A stretch of 63,289 nt of DNA, the filler included, from Octopus bimaculoides (taxonomy: Eukaryota), in NCBI RefSeq assembly GCF_001194135.2. It is 11 parts of 11 records of this genome, joined end to end, with 100 filler letters (N's around TTAATTAATTAA, not from the genome) between each part and the next. Parts side by side here need not be neighbours in the genome. Positions count along the whole stretch, not along the records: positions 1 to 3,412 come from NC_068987.1; positions 3,513 to 10,430 come from NC_069000.1; positions 10,531 to 15,103 come from NC_068985.1; 8 more parts are not named here. One strand, given 5' to 3'. Positions 1 to 11,914 of the stretch are shown here, one piece after another; position 1 is the stretch's first letter; the number at the start of each line of letters is the position of its first letter. Below the pieces are notes generated by a model, which saw only the letters and a list, made by a program, of their open reading frames with translations, was not told the DNA's origin and made no database searches. The position numbers and the translations under genes are program-made.

Positions 1-397
1 AGGGGACAAACGGATTATATCGATCCTAGTGCATAACTGGTACTTATTTAATCGACCCCGAAAGGATGAAAGGCAAAGTCGACCTCGGCAGGGTTCGAAC
101 TCAGAACGTAAAGACGGACGAAATGCTGCTAAGCATTTTCCCCGGCGTGCTGACGATTCTGCCAGCTCTCGCTGCCTGCATAATTCTAGAATTATTAATT
201 TTAAATCTTGGCTCAAAGCCAGCAATTTTTTAGGTGGGGTCAAGTCTATTATATCGATCCCGGTACTCAATTGGCACTTATTTTATCGATCTTGAGAAGA
301 TGAAAGGCAAAGTCGACCTCGGCGGCGTTTGAACTCAGAACGTAAAGACGGACGAAGCATTTTCCCCGGCGTGCTGACGATTTTTCAAGCTCACCGC
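1..397 (-). mobile_element. Two tandem copies of tRNA-derived SINE family A (1-172, 224-397)
   Basis: Reverse complement of GAGCTGGCAGAA.CGTTAGCACGCCGGG...TTCTGAGTTCAAATTCCGCCGAGGTCGACTTTGCCTTTCATCCTTTCGGGGTCGAT. Confidence 0.85.
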
Positions 398-832
398 TTT
401 CATAATTCTAGAAATATTAATATAGAACTACAATAGGATAATGTGCCTATAATTGAAACCTTTGTGTATAGTTAGGGAATAATCTATTATTATTTCTCTC
501 CTGAAAAGAAACCCCTCAAAACATTAACAATAATTAACAATGATTAGCAAAGAGTAATTACTGCCAATTAAAGAAATAAGCAGAATAAATAAAAGAGCAA
601 CGGGTAATAAGTTGTGATTAATATTTGTTTGATTTTTATGTCTGCCCTCAACGATGTCTGTGAAAGGACATGATGGTTATATGAAAATTCATTGTTGGAC
701 TTGGTTTCTATCTAAAACAGCGGTTCTCAACAGCATCTCCAAGAGCCACATGCAGCCCTCAAGCATCCTTCCATTAGTATTATTATACTAATGTGTCCAT
801 CTGTTCTAATTTAATTAAATTCTATGTCTTTG

Positions 833-919
833 TGCAGCTGAGGATTGCTCTGCATTTTAAATTGATGTAATGATTACATTGTTCAATCAAATGGAGTTGC
901 ATGAAACGATCGTACTGCA
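833..919 (+). ncRNA. Type I hammerhead ribozyme fold, core intact
   Basis: Stem I TGCAG(833-837)/CTGCA(915-919); CTGAGGA 838-844; long stem II hairpin 846-901; GAAA 903-906; palindromic stem III ACGATCGT; GTA cleavage triplet 912-914. Confidence 0.75.
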
Positions 920-1172
920 TTACCTCTGGATATCCTTGTTGCTTACTTTGAAATTGTATGGATAATACCGTACTAAATTCTGGTGCCTCAACTTAAGTAC
1001 CATATTCACCTAAATCTAAATTTTTGCTGAACTCATCTTATATATACATACATAAACGTGGAACTGCCAATAGCAAACTATGGTTTGGCTCATATAAGTT
1101 GCTCCAGTTCTCTGGGGCTGCTGGATGTGAAGTGTATATATTTATATATGTGTGTGCATGTGTATGTGTGTT

Positions 1173-1225
<53 letters not shown>

Positions 1226-1235
1226 NNNNNNNNNN

Positions 1236-1298
<63 letters not shown>

Positions 1299-1609
1299 CA
1301 CACACCCATATATATATAAATATATGCATATACACATACATATACATAACACATATATGCATGAATACATACACACACATATATACATGTATATATATAT
1401 ATATATATATAAGATAAGAAGATGGGGATGAACAGGCTTTAATCACAAAGCACAACAAGTGTTTATGTGCAATCGTAACAGCTGTTAATTGCCGAGTTAT
1501 GCAAATCATACTATTACAAAAATTATCATATATATAATTTCATAAATAAATATGATGTAACAGCAACTGTGCACCAGCACGTCATCAGATGTGTGACATG
1601 ATATCACTG

Positions 1610-1652
<43 letters not shown>

Positions 1653-3041
1653 TATAAAGCTGTATGTGTGTGTATATATATGCTTGCCTGTCTATATTGG
1701 TGTATGTGTGTACATCATGCAAATATGACATCTGGAATATTTGCGATATTTTTACAGTTTCCTTAATCGACTGTAAATATGTTTTCCTAGCTATCCATGT
1801 TTTTTTCTTGGTTTTGTGAAGCTCAACAGCTTCTCAAGTTTTGTGCTGTGGCAGGCAGTTACATAACCCAATGATTATAGATATAAATCTAAAGTCATCG
1901 TCCGGCTGTCGCATCTGCAATTTCTCAATAATTCACCATAAATGTACGCGTAGTAGTCTTTCTCACATATAATTTCTCTTTGTCTCTCTCTGTCTTTCTC
2001 TCCTATTCTATCTCTTTCTCTCCTATTCTATCTCTTTCTCTCCTATTCTAACTCTTTCTCTCTCTGTCTTCAAAATGTATCGATGTACATATACGCACAT
2101 AAATGCATCTATGCATACATAAATACATACATAATACATACATAAATACATACTTAAATAATACATACATACATATATATANNNNNNNNNNNNNNNNNNN
2201 NNNNNNNNNNNNNNNNNNNNNNNNNNNNNNNNNNNNNNNNNNNNNNNNNNNNNNNNNNNNNNNNNNNNNNNNNNNNNNNNNNNNNNNNNNNNNNNNNNNN
2301 NNNNNNNNNNNNNNNNNNNNNNNNNNNNNNNNNNNNNNNNNNNNNNNNNNNNNNNNNNNNNNNNNNNNNNNNNNNNNNNNNNNNNNNNNNNNNNNNNNNN
2401 NNNNNNNNNNNNNNNNNNNNNNNNNNNNNNNNNNNNNNNNNNNNNNNNNNNNNNNNNNNNNNNNNNNNNNNNNNNNNNNNNNNNNNNNNNNNNNNNNNNN
2501 NNNNNNNNNNNNNNNNNNNNNNNNNNNNNNNNNNNNNNNNNNNNNNNNNNNNNNNNNNNNNNNNNNNNNNNNNNNNNNNNNNNNNNNNNNNNNNNNNNNN
2601 NNNNNNNNNNNNNNNNNNNNNNNNNNNNNNNNNNNNNNNNNNNNNNNNNNNNNNNNNNNNNNNNNNNNNNNNNNNNNNNNNNNNNNNGCCAGCGTCTATA
2701 TAGATATACGTATATTCTATAATTATAAGCATAATTATAATTAGGGGTCAGTTAATTGCTTCACCACACACCGAATTTAGAAATAGGAGTTAAAAATTCC
2801 TTTTCTACTACCGTAAGAATCTCTCAGACAGTAACACACTTTTTTACGTAGGCAAAAAGAAAAATAATGAATCCACACTTTTGGATGTGTTGGGTGGATA
2901 TCTGTTGCGCGATTACGTTTATAATTATAGAATGTTTGTATAATTTTACTTATAAAGGTTATTTTAACGTAACGATCTAATTGGTAAAATTATTAATTGA
3001 TTAATTGATTAATTAATTTTACCCTTTTATCATTAATATTG

Positions 3042-3072
<31 letters not shown>

Positions 3073-3412
3073 TATATGAGTATATGCATACGTACATGTA
3101 TGTACATACCTACATCTACATGTATATATAAGTGCATATCTAGGTACAGGACGTTGCAAAAAACGTGGACAAAATGATAAACAGAGTACAGAAAACACAC
3201 AGGCCACATAGAGAACATTTCCTTCATCAGCTGCCACCATTCTAAAACTAAGCGTTTCGAAGAGTTAGGGCAGGACGCATTGTTAGAATAGCTCTTCCCA
3301 CGGGCCACAAATTAAATTTGTAGCATGGAGGAATGTAGTGGCGGACAGAAAACAAGACAGGAAAACGAAACAGTGAAAATATGCAAGAAAGGCTATAGGG
3401 CCGTGTGTATGT

Positions 3413-3512
3413 NNNNNNNNNNNNNNNNNNNNNNNNNNNNNNNNNNNNNNNNNNNNTTAATTAATTAANNNNNNNNNNNNNNNNNNNNNNNNNNNNNNNN
3501 NNNNNNNNNNNN
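3413..3512. other. Assembly spacer 44N-TTAATTAATTAA-44N (first of ten)
   Basis: Identical 12-mer in 100-nt gaps at 3457, 10475, 15148, 21712, 28947, 43186, 45611, 59278, 60992 and 62115; it has stops in all six frames. Confidence 0.95.
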
Positions 3513-3559
3513 ATGTCGGTATGCACATACCTGTACGTATATATGCATATACTCATTTA

Positions 3560-3606
<47 letters not shown>

Positions 3607-3626
3607 GTGTGTGTGTTTGTGTGTCT

Positions 3627-3791
3627 GTGTTTGTCCCCCCACCATTGCTTGACAACCGGTTCGGCAAAAGGAGACCGATAGAATAAGTACTAGGCTTACA
3701 AAGAATAAGTCCTGGGGTCGATTTTCTCAACTAAAGGTGGTGCTCCAGCATGGCCGCAGTCAAATGACTGAAACAAGTAAAAGAGTAAAGA
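3627..3791 (+). mobile_element. SINE family B tail
   Basis: GGTGCTCCAGCATGGCCGCAGTCAAATGACTGAAACAAGTAAAAGAG. Confidence 0.85.
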
Positions 3792-4186
3792 GAGTATTGT
3801 AGAAACATAGTCAAATTATAGCAGATAAATTTTAACAACAAATTCTTATATGAACCCCCAGGGGTCATAGGAACCCCAGTTGAGAACCAGTGTTCTAGAA
3901 GTTCTGACAATCCATTGCACACTTTAAGAAAACAAAACAAAGCTAAAAGTTAGCATCCAAGAATCGAACCTTTTGCTTTCTCTCTAAAGATCAGCAAGCA
4001 TCAGCAACAATAGGAAGAGGAAGAAGGAGAAAAGAAAGACGAGGAGAAAGAGGAAGAAAAACAGGAGGAGAAGGGGGAGGAGGACAGCAACTGTTGTTAA
4101 GCCTGAGTAAACTAAAAGTAAATCCCAAAAGTAAACCAAAAGTAAAGCAATCTAGATTAAGCTCTAAAAGCAAGCTATACGTTGTG

Positions 4187-4222
<36 letters not shown>

Positions 4223-4852
4223 AATAGAACATCTATAGATTGGTCCATTGTTCAGATTTATTAGGATGAGTTCATTTATTAACAATATCTATCCAATTGG
4301 AAGAATTACTTAATCAAATATTCATTAGTGTTCGTACACACACACATGTATGAATGTACGTGTGTGTGTGTGTACGTTTGTATTTGTGTGTGTATATGTA
4401 CATATAATATATATGTATATATACATATATATGATTAGATGAGTGTATATATATATATATATATATATATACATGCATATATGTATACACACACATAAAA
4501 TGTGTGCGTGTGTATACATACATGCATTAAAGGTGGTTTGCGTGGTCATACTCTCTCTTCTATTTTCCCTTGTATATATATATATATATATAGATAGATC
4601 GATAGATAGATAGATAGATAGATAGTTAGATAGATAGATAGGGAGAGAGAGAGAGGAAAGTATGTGTATGAGTGTGTGTGTGTCTGTCTGTGCACATGTT
4701 TGCATATTTCATATGCATGCGCATGCGATTGTACGTGTGTATGTTTTGTATATGCTAACAGTGATTTGCATGATCATGTTACATATATTGAGATATATAC
4801 GTATGCATGTACCTCAATGTTTGTCTATATCTCTCTCTGTTTCTCTTATTCT

Positions 4853-4918
<66 letters not shown>

Positions 4919-5399
4919 CTCTCCCAAACTTCTTCTGTCTTCTAACAAGGAGACATTGTTACTTCACTCTAACTTATACCATTAAGTAGATATATCAGTC
5001 AAACACAAGAACACAATTTACTTCAGAAATGCTATTATACAGCATTACTCACATTGGAATGTCTTGTATAATATTTTATAATACTATTCATTACTGTTCA
5101 ATGCTGTACACTTCTGTACAATATTGTACAGCACTGTGTATCCGTTTAAAAATTTAAGCAAGGTTGTTCATTACTGTATATTAGTGTGCCCTACTATGCA
5201 ATACTATAAAAAAAATGCTTGTGGGTGCACTTTAAAACACCTCCACAATCATACTCCTCTTCCAATGAGGGGTAACTGTGTATCTCCTTTACAGCAAGAA
5301 ATATATACCTGTCCATCTGTCATACTTTAACCTCTCCAAACATAATGCCTAATGCCAGGTATAGTACCACCTCTCTCAATATTACATGCTACTCAGCTG

Positions 5400-5560
5400 A
5401 AGGGTCTTGTCTTGCAAGTTAATTGGTGACCTTACTGCTGTTGGTGCCGTTTGAAAAGTGTCCAGTGCTCTCAGTAAAGTGGTTGGTATTAGGAAGAGCC
5501 TCCAGCCATAGAAACCATGCCAAATCAGACACTGGTGCTTGATGCAGTCTTCTGGATTGT
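5400..5560 (+). mobile_element. RTE-type tail fragment
   Basis: GTGGTTGGTATTAGGAAGAGCCTCCAGCCATAGAAACCATGCCAA, homologous to 9220-9270. Confidence 0.55.
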
Positions 5561-5576
5561 CATCTCCTGTATATGT

Positions 5577-5742
5577 ATATATATGATGGGCTTCTTTCAG
5601 TTCCCATCTGTCAAATCCACTCACAAGGCTTTGGTCAGCCCAAGGCTAGAGCAGAAGACACTTACCCAAGGTGTTATGAAGTGGGACTGAAACCAAAACT
5701 ATGTGGTTGGGAAACAAACTTCTTACCACACAGCCACACCTA
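5577..5742 (-). mobile_element. SINE family B head
   Basis: ATCCACTCACAAGGCTTTGGTC...GAAGACACTTACCCAAGGTG...CTTACCACACAGCCAC. Confidence 0.8.
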
Positions 5743-5812
5743 TAGAAACATTACCCTTCTATACTACTAACCACTACTCCTGCTCTCTTCTCCCTCACAG
5801 GTCACTCATGAA

Positions 5813-6033
5813 AGGTGGTGAGCTGGCAGAAACGTTAGCATGCTGGGCGAAATGCTTAGCGGGTATTTCGTCTGCCGCTACGTTCTGAGTTCAAATTCTA
5901 CTGAGGTCGACTTTGCCTTTCATCCTTTCGAGGGTCAATTAAATAAGTACCAATTACGCACTGGGGTCAATATAATCGACTTAATCCGTTTGTCTGTCCT
6001 TGTGTGTAGCCCCTTGTGGGTAGTAAAGAAATA
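5813..6033 (+). mobile_element. SINE family A, full length
   Basis: tRNA-like head, conserved GAGGTCGACTTTGCCTTTCATCC core (Meta-domain-like, from memory), AAAGAAATA tail. Confidence 0.9.
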
Positions 6034-6236
6034 ACACATCAAACTCTCCCTCCACATACCATTTCTATGTGAATCCTCTCTATCTTCTGTTGATCCCATT
6101 CTGTCCTACCATAACTACCCTTCTTTTAACACTCATTCTAACAGACTCTTCCATTTTCTTCTCATTCTCATGCTGTCACTTCAATCACTCCATCTGTTCC
6201 ACCATACTTTCAATTCTTCTCCATTCCACCATGTTT

Positions 6237-6447
6237 TATCCCCTTTAGTATTCAGATTACTCTGTCAAATGTAATCCTTATTTATTCACATTGTTTTGAA
6301 TTAATCATGCACTATTTCATAGCTTTGAGATTTTGATGATGTGATTTTTTGTTTTTAGAATAATCTTGCAGAGTAAGTGTGAGAGGTTGGTTCTGGCAGA
6401 TGGAATATTTTGGCTGGTTGTGGCCGGCTTAAATGCTAAAGGGTTAA
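6237..6447. mobile_element. piggyBac-type MITE, degenerate left end
   Basis: Right end GCTAAAGGGTTAA; left end CCCTTTAGTA. Confidence 0.5.
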
Positions 6448-6684
6448 CTCTTGAAGTCACCCAGACTCATATCCATTGCTACTGGTTACAATATATCAAG
6501 CAACCAGAGACAACATACACTGGTAACGACTTGTATATTGTCTTGCAGGATACAAGGCAACCTCACAAGTGTTGGTGCCATAGTAAAATGCACCCAGTAC
6601 ACACTTTAGTGTGGTTGGTGAATGAATGATGACAACGTAGATCTATGAAGACCTTTTAGTCCTGTCTAATTGAAAATACAACAG

Positions 6685-7100
6685 CATCATCATCATCGTT
6701 TAACATCTGCCTTCCATGCTGGCATGGGTTAGACGGTTTGACAGGAACTGGCCAAGCAGAAGACTACAGCAGGTCACTGTGTCTATTTTGTCATGGTTTT
6801 TACAGCTGGATGCCCTTCATAACACCAACCACCCTATAGAGTGAACTGAGTGCTTTTTATGTGGTGCGACCACAGGTAAGGTCAGTTTTGGCATGGTTTT
6901 TTATGGCTAGATGCTCTTCTTAAAACCACAGAATGGATTGAGTGCTTTTTACATGGAACCAGCACAGACAAAGTCAGTTTTGGCCTGATTTTTACAGTTG
7001 GACTCCTTTCCAAATGCCAACCACTTCACAGAGTGGGCTGAATGTTTTTTATGTGGCACCAGCACTGGCAAGGTCACCAAGTAACTTTGCAAGACAAGGA
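6685..7100 (-). mobile_element. RTE-type tail element with internally triplicated ~95-bp module
   Basis: (CAT)n-CGTTTAAC..CCATGCTGGCATGGG, then three diverged TTTTGGCATGGTTTTTACAGCTGGATGCC modules starting near 6786, 6886 and 6978. Confidence 0.65.
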
Positions 7101-7188
7101 ATCTTTGAGAGGGGCAGGGGAATTAGAGGAGGTGATCTTGTGTCAGATTACGAAAGGTTAGAATGTGACAGAGAGAGAGAGACAGAGA

Positions 7189-7418
7189 GGCGAGCTGGCA
7201 GAAATGTTAGCAAGCCAGGTGAAATGCTTAGTGGTATGTCGTCTGCCGTTACATTCTGAGTTCAAATTCCACTGAGGTCGACTTTGCCTTTCATCCTTTC
7301 GAGGTCGATAAATTAAGTACCAGTTACACACTGGGGTCGATGTAATCGACTTAACCTCTTTGTCTGTCCTTGTTTGTCCCCTCTATGTTTAGCCCCTTGA
7401 GGGCAATAAAGAAATAAG
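7189..7418 (+). mobile_element. SINE family A, full length
   Basis: Same head, core and tail as 5813-6033. Confidence 0.9.
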
Positions 7419-7483
7419 AGAGACAGACAGACAGACAGAAACAAGTGTCTTGCTGTAGAGAAGGTACATGGTTATCTGGCCAG

Positions 7484-7672
7484 AGAGAGAGAGAGAGAGG
7501 GAGAGAGAGAGAGAAGGAGAGGGAGAGAGAGAGAAGGAGAGGGAGAGAGAGAGAAGGAGAGGGAGAGAGAGAGAAGGAGAGGGAGAGAGAGAGAAGGAGA
7601 GGGAGAGAGAGAGAAGGAGAGGGAGAGAGAGAGAAGGAGAGGGAGAGAGAGAGAAGGAGAGGGAGAGAGAGA
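7484..7672. repeat. 20-bp purine minisatellite
   Basis: (GGGAGAGAGAGAGAAGGAGA)n, about 9 units. Confidence 0.9.
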
Positions 7673-8616
7673 GTTAACAAGAAAGAGGACAGCATCTCTA
7701 GTGTTATTACTTGGTGATCTTATTGCCACGATAAGATTCATTCAGTTACACTCTGTAATGTGGCTGATCTTAAGAAGGTTACCCAATCATAGAAACCATG
7801 ATAAATAAAAAGTACAAGAGAGATGTGGTCTCTTGGTGCATTTGGGAAGGCAATAACATTAATTAAGAACTGACTTTGTATATAACAACCTATCCAATAT
7901 GTGTCTGTATGGAAAGCAAGAGTAAATTGCTTATTATTATTACTATAGAAATCATTATTATTATCATGATGCTGATGCTGATGATGAAAATATATATGTG
8001 CATACATGCACGTTTGTATGTATGTATGTATTTGTATATATATATATATATATATATACATATTTGTATATGTATATGGGTACATGTATATGTATATAAG
8101 CATATTTATGTATATGCACACATACACACACACATGTATACACATACATACAAGTATATATGTATGTGTGTATATATGTGTATATATGTGTGTATGGATT
8201 TGTGAGTGTGTGTATAAAGGAGTAGTTTTTGTATGTTTGTATGTGTTAGGTTCTCTCATTCTATGCTCTTTTTGTTATTGTTGTTCTTGTTATTGTTGTA
8301 GTTGTTGCTCTATCATTTTTCTCTCCACCTTTCAGTCTATTTAACTTGATCAGCAACAACTACAACAGCAACATTGTCTTCGACTCCACCACCACAGACA
8401 ACAACAACAACAACAACAAATATGAGTAAATCAATAGTACTTTTTATTGATTCTTTCAAAGTGATTTCAAGTTTCATTCATTTATACCAGGTGATATTTC
8501 TATAGATGTTACTCAACCACCCCAACACTACCACCCCTACTATGCTACCATACTACCAGTGTTACTAAGACTGACTCTACCAACACACATTAGTATTGCA
8601 GATGCACACACACACA

Positions 8617-8661
<45 letters not shown>

Positions 8662-8933
8662 CATACTACACACCACTACACACTTCAAATGTGCCAAAGA
8701 TGGAGCAGCCTCCTCATAGATATTCGACGTGCTAGAAAAAGCAGCCAAATTTCATGAAACTAAATCCTATCTAATTGAAAGAGAATGGACATCTATAATA
8801 CTGTTAACCGTCCAAAAAGACAGTATGACTTTAGTTAGAACATTTCATAAGTTTTTCCATTCAGAACCAGCCTGATGTTAACCAGTAACCATGCACTCTG
8901 TCATCATATATTAATATTATACACATGGAGGTT

Positions 8934-9125
8934 AAGGTGGTGAGCTGGCAGAATGCTTAGAGGAACTTCATCTATCTGTAATTCTGAGTTCTAATTTTGC
9001 CGAGGTTCACTTTATCTTTTATACTTTCAAGGTCATAAAGTAAGTACCAGTTCAGTATTGGGTTGATGTAATTGTCTTACCTTCTTCCTCAAAATTACTA
9101 GCCTTTTGCCAAAATTTGAAATCAT
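8934..9125 (+). mobile_element. SINE family A, old diverged copy
   Basis: GGTGGTGAGCTGGCAGAA...TCTGAGTTCTAATTTTGCCGAGGTTCAC...AAGTACCAG. Confidence 0.7.
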
Positions 9126-9127
9126 AT

Positions 9128-9368
9128 TTAACCCTTTTGTTACCATATTTATGTTAGTACCGCCTGACTGGCCTTCGTGCCAGTGTCACATAAAAGCACC
9201 CACTACACTCTTGGAGTGGTTGGCGTTAGGAAGGGCATCCAGCTGTAGAAACTCTGCCAAATCAGATTGGAGCCTGGTTTAGCCATCTGGTTCACCAGTC
9301 CTCAGTCAAATCGTCCAACCCATGCTAGCATGGAAACTGGACGTTAAACGATGATAATGATGATGATC

Positions 9369-9407
<39 letters not shown>

Positions 9408-9602
9408 CTCTGTGTTTCTTTCAATTAATTTTAAATATAACAAAGAATTTAGTAAAATAACTTAGTTATCATTAAGCTGTGTTAAGAACATAAATTGTAA
9501 CTAGGGTTTGGTGGAAGATTTTAATTCAGAATTTTTGAAAACAAGACATTTGTACTACAGAGCCAGAGGCAGTTTCAGGCAGGTTCGTATCAAAAGGGTT
9601 AA
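9128..9602. mobile_element. piggyBac-type MITE (TTAA-CCCTTTTG ends) interrupted by an RTE-tail insertion
   Basis: TTAACCCTTTTG at 9128-9139 and CAAAAGGGTTAA at 9591-9602. Confidence 0.7.
9165..9408 (+). mobile_element. RTE-type 3' tail element with (GAT)n tail
   Basis: GGTTGGCGTTAGGAAGGGCATCCAGC...CCCATGCTAGCATGGAA..CGTTAAACGAT(GAT)n. Confidence 0.75.
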
Positions 9603-9925
9603 GGTAGCATGCTGGCAGAACCATTAACATGCCAAACAAAATTCTTAGCGGTGTTTCATCCATCTGTATGTTCAAAGTACAAACTCTGCCGAGGCCAACC
9701 TTGCCTTTCATCCTTTCAGGAATGATAAAATAAGTACCAGGTGAGCACAGAGGTCAATGTCATTGACATACCCACTAACCTGAAATTGTTACCCTTGAGT
9801 GAAAATTTGAAATCAAGATTATATACACGGAGGGTGGTGAAGTGGCAGAACATATTAGCATTCTGAGCAAAATGCTTACTGGCATCTTGTTCATCTGTAT
9901 GCTCTGTGTTCAAATTCTGCCTTTC
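9602..9925 (+). mobile_element. Two diverged SINE family A copies (9602-9820, 9832-9925)
   Basis: GGCAGAA..TTAGC heads; GCCGAGGCCAACCTTGCCTTTCATCC core in the first copy. Confidence 0.65.
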
Positions 9926-10179
9926 AGAGATGACAGAATAATTACCTGTAGATCACAGGTAATTATTGGGATCTTGGGCTGAACCATTATGTTACAGAGA
10001 TGTAAACAAAACAACACTGCTTGTCAAGTGGTGATGGATGTGTATATATATATAAATAAATAAATAAATAAATATATTTGTATATATATATATATATAAA
10101 ATATACAAGAATATTTTTGGTGTCGCATGGCCGGAAATTACCGTGAATTTTTTAGAGACACTTTCAAATTTATCAGAAT

Positions 10180-10242
10180 ATTGGGCTGAAGATGCGGAAT
10201 AGAGTAATTTCATTCTCTTAACCGCGAAACGTCATATCCAAT
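10180..10242 (+). ncRNA. Hammerhead ribozyme fold (Penelope type), stem I damaged
   Basis: CTGAAGA 10186-10192, extra T, GCGG/CCGC stem II with AGAG/CTCT extension, GAAAC-GTC 10226-10233. The 3' ATATCCAAT pairs only with an offset upstream ATTGG. Confidence 0.6.
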
Positions 10243-10530
10243 TAACTAAAGGCGGGTTTGTTTTTGCTTTTCCCTCCAGTTTTTTGTTCTATGTGTGCCA
10301 TAAATATCGCCATCTGTTTAGAGAAAAATTTGTAGTTTAGAATCAGTAGTTCTTTGACTGCTATTTCTAAATTTTCAGTATGTTGGAGAAGCAACTCAAT
10401 GCTAATCCCTGTATATTTATGATTATATATNNNNNNNNNNNNNNNNNNNNNNNNNNNNNNNNNNNNNNNNNNNNTTAATTAATTAANNNNNNNNNNNNNN
10501 NNNNNNNNNNNNNNNNNNNNNNNNNNNNNN

Positions 10531-11870
10531 GTTGTTCGACATAAAGCCACAGGTTAGCAATGCTCGGGCACTGGACGAGTGCATGCAGGACCGTCCCGTT
10601 GTCCTGCGTGCATCTCGGACATGCTCGGCTGACGGCACTTCCGTGCCTGTAAAGTAGCATTTCCAGGCCTGAGATTTTTGGAAATTATCCATCGGTCCCG
10701 GCTCGAAAGTTCTCCGTAAAAGAGTGACTAGCTGATTTCTTCGACGCCCAAGATCTCCCCAAGAACGTCGTCGCATTTCTCCTCCACTAATCCTCCATAA
10801 AAAGCTAAAATGGACGTTCCACCTACCGTACTCTCCGATTGGCTGAGAGCTGTGAGCGCTTGAAGACATTCCACTTTCCCAATGCTCCTCCTCGGTTTCT
10901 GTTTTACCCAGGACTATAGCTCCGTTAAAGAAACTAGCTGCGGAAATACGTGTCTGGCGAAAGGCGACAACACCTGTTCACCGTCAAGCAAGCACTGGAG
11001 ATGCCTCAGCCATTGTCTGCGCATCATCAACCACGGCATGCCTAGGCCACCACTAAGCGGGTGCTGACGGCAGATAGACCGCCTGACCATCGGGACGCAT
11101 CTCTTCCACAAGAAGCGGAAGATTATACCCTCCAGCGTAATCAGATGGTGGCCAGGACAAGGCACGACGGTCAATCGATAGTAGATGACGGACACGACAT
11201 ACTTTCAAGGATAGCTTTCTCTCGACCCATTTCTTGGTAAGAGTAGTCACCCTGCTCGTTACCTCGTTCCGAGGTCTGGAGGTCCGGACCGAACCAGACC
11301 CCGAGAAATTTAACCGATCCGTCCGTCCGTCCAGCGCCCAATGATGCAGTTGGACGGCATGGACTTGTTTCTCCAGGTGCCGAGCCGCAAACCCACTGAT
11401 TATTTCCTGGTTAATTGTCGCTCCTGAAACCGCCTCGTAGTCCCTGAGAGCGGTGCCGATCATTTCTGTGTTTATGATCCGACACCACTACAATGACGTC
11501 GTTGGCATATGCTGTCACGCATCTTCCACATCCTAGGTCACGCGGGATACCTCTCAACGCCTCCAGTTTGTGTAGTATTGGCTCGAGAGTCAGTACGTAC
11601 AAGATAGACGGGAGGAGACAACCTTGCGGACCGAGCGCATGATGTTGAACGGCTCTGAGAGATGTCTATTTACTTTGACTACTGAAAAGATGTCGGTGCG
11701 CATTGCAGCGAGCCAGCCCCTGAATACAGGCCCGAAACCAGCTACCTTGAGGATCGCCGTCAGGTATAGATGGTCGGCCCTATCGAAAGCTTTAGACTGA
11801 TCTAAATTGATGAGGGCCCCACCCGTGCGAGGTTCTTTAGCCACTGTAACAATAATAATTGAAAAACTAA
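10531..11870 (-). mobile_element. Tx1/L1-clade LINE ORF2 fragment (RT to C-terminal CCHC), frameshifted
   Basis: Overlapping minus ORFs give LINLDQSKAFDRADH, YANDVIVVVS (YADD), IFRFLWK, GGLGMP, CPRC...TVLHALVQC. Confidence 0.9.
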
Positions 11871-11914
11871 GACCATTCATGGAGTTCTTTATTTTGACCC
11901 CTATCTTCATACTA

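Noticed and set aside
924-1009. Minus-strand AG...GT segment reading VNMVLKLRHQNLVRYY (kinase subdomain IV-like)
   Set aside because: Frame incompatible with the next HGSNAT exon, no other kinase exons, and similarity too short.
1560-1600. Minus-strand CTGATGA-GTGC-tggt-GCAC
   Set aside because: A stem II is present but there is no following GAAA or cleavage triplet.
3190-3310. Minus-strand CTGATGA and GAAACG in a repeat-like segment
   Set aside because: The two half-cores are in the wrong order for type I, and helices I and II cannot be closed for a type II topology.
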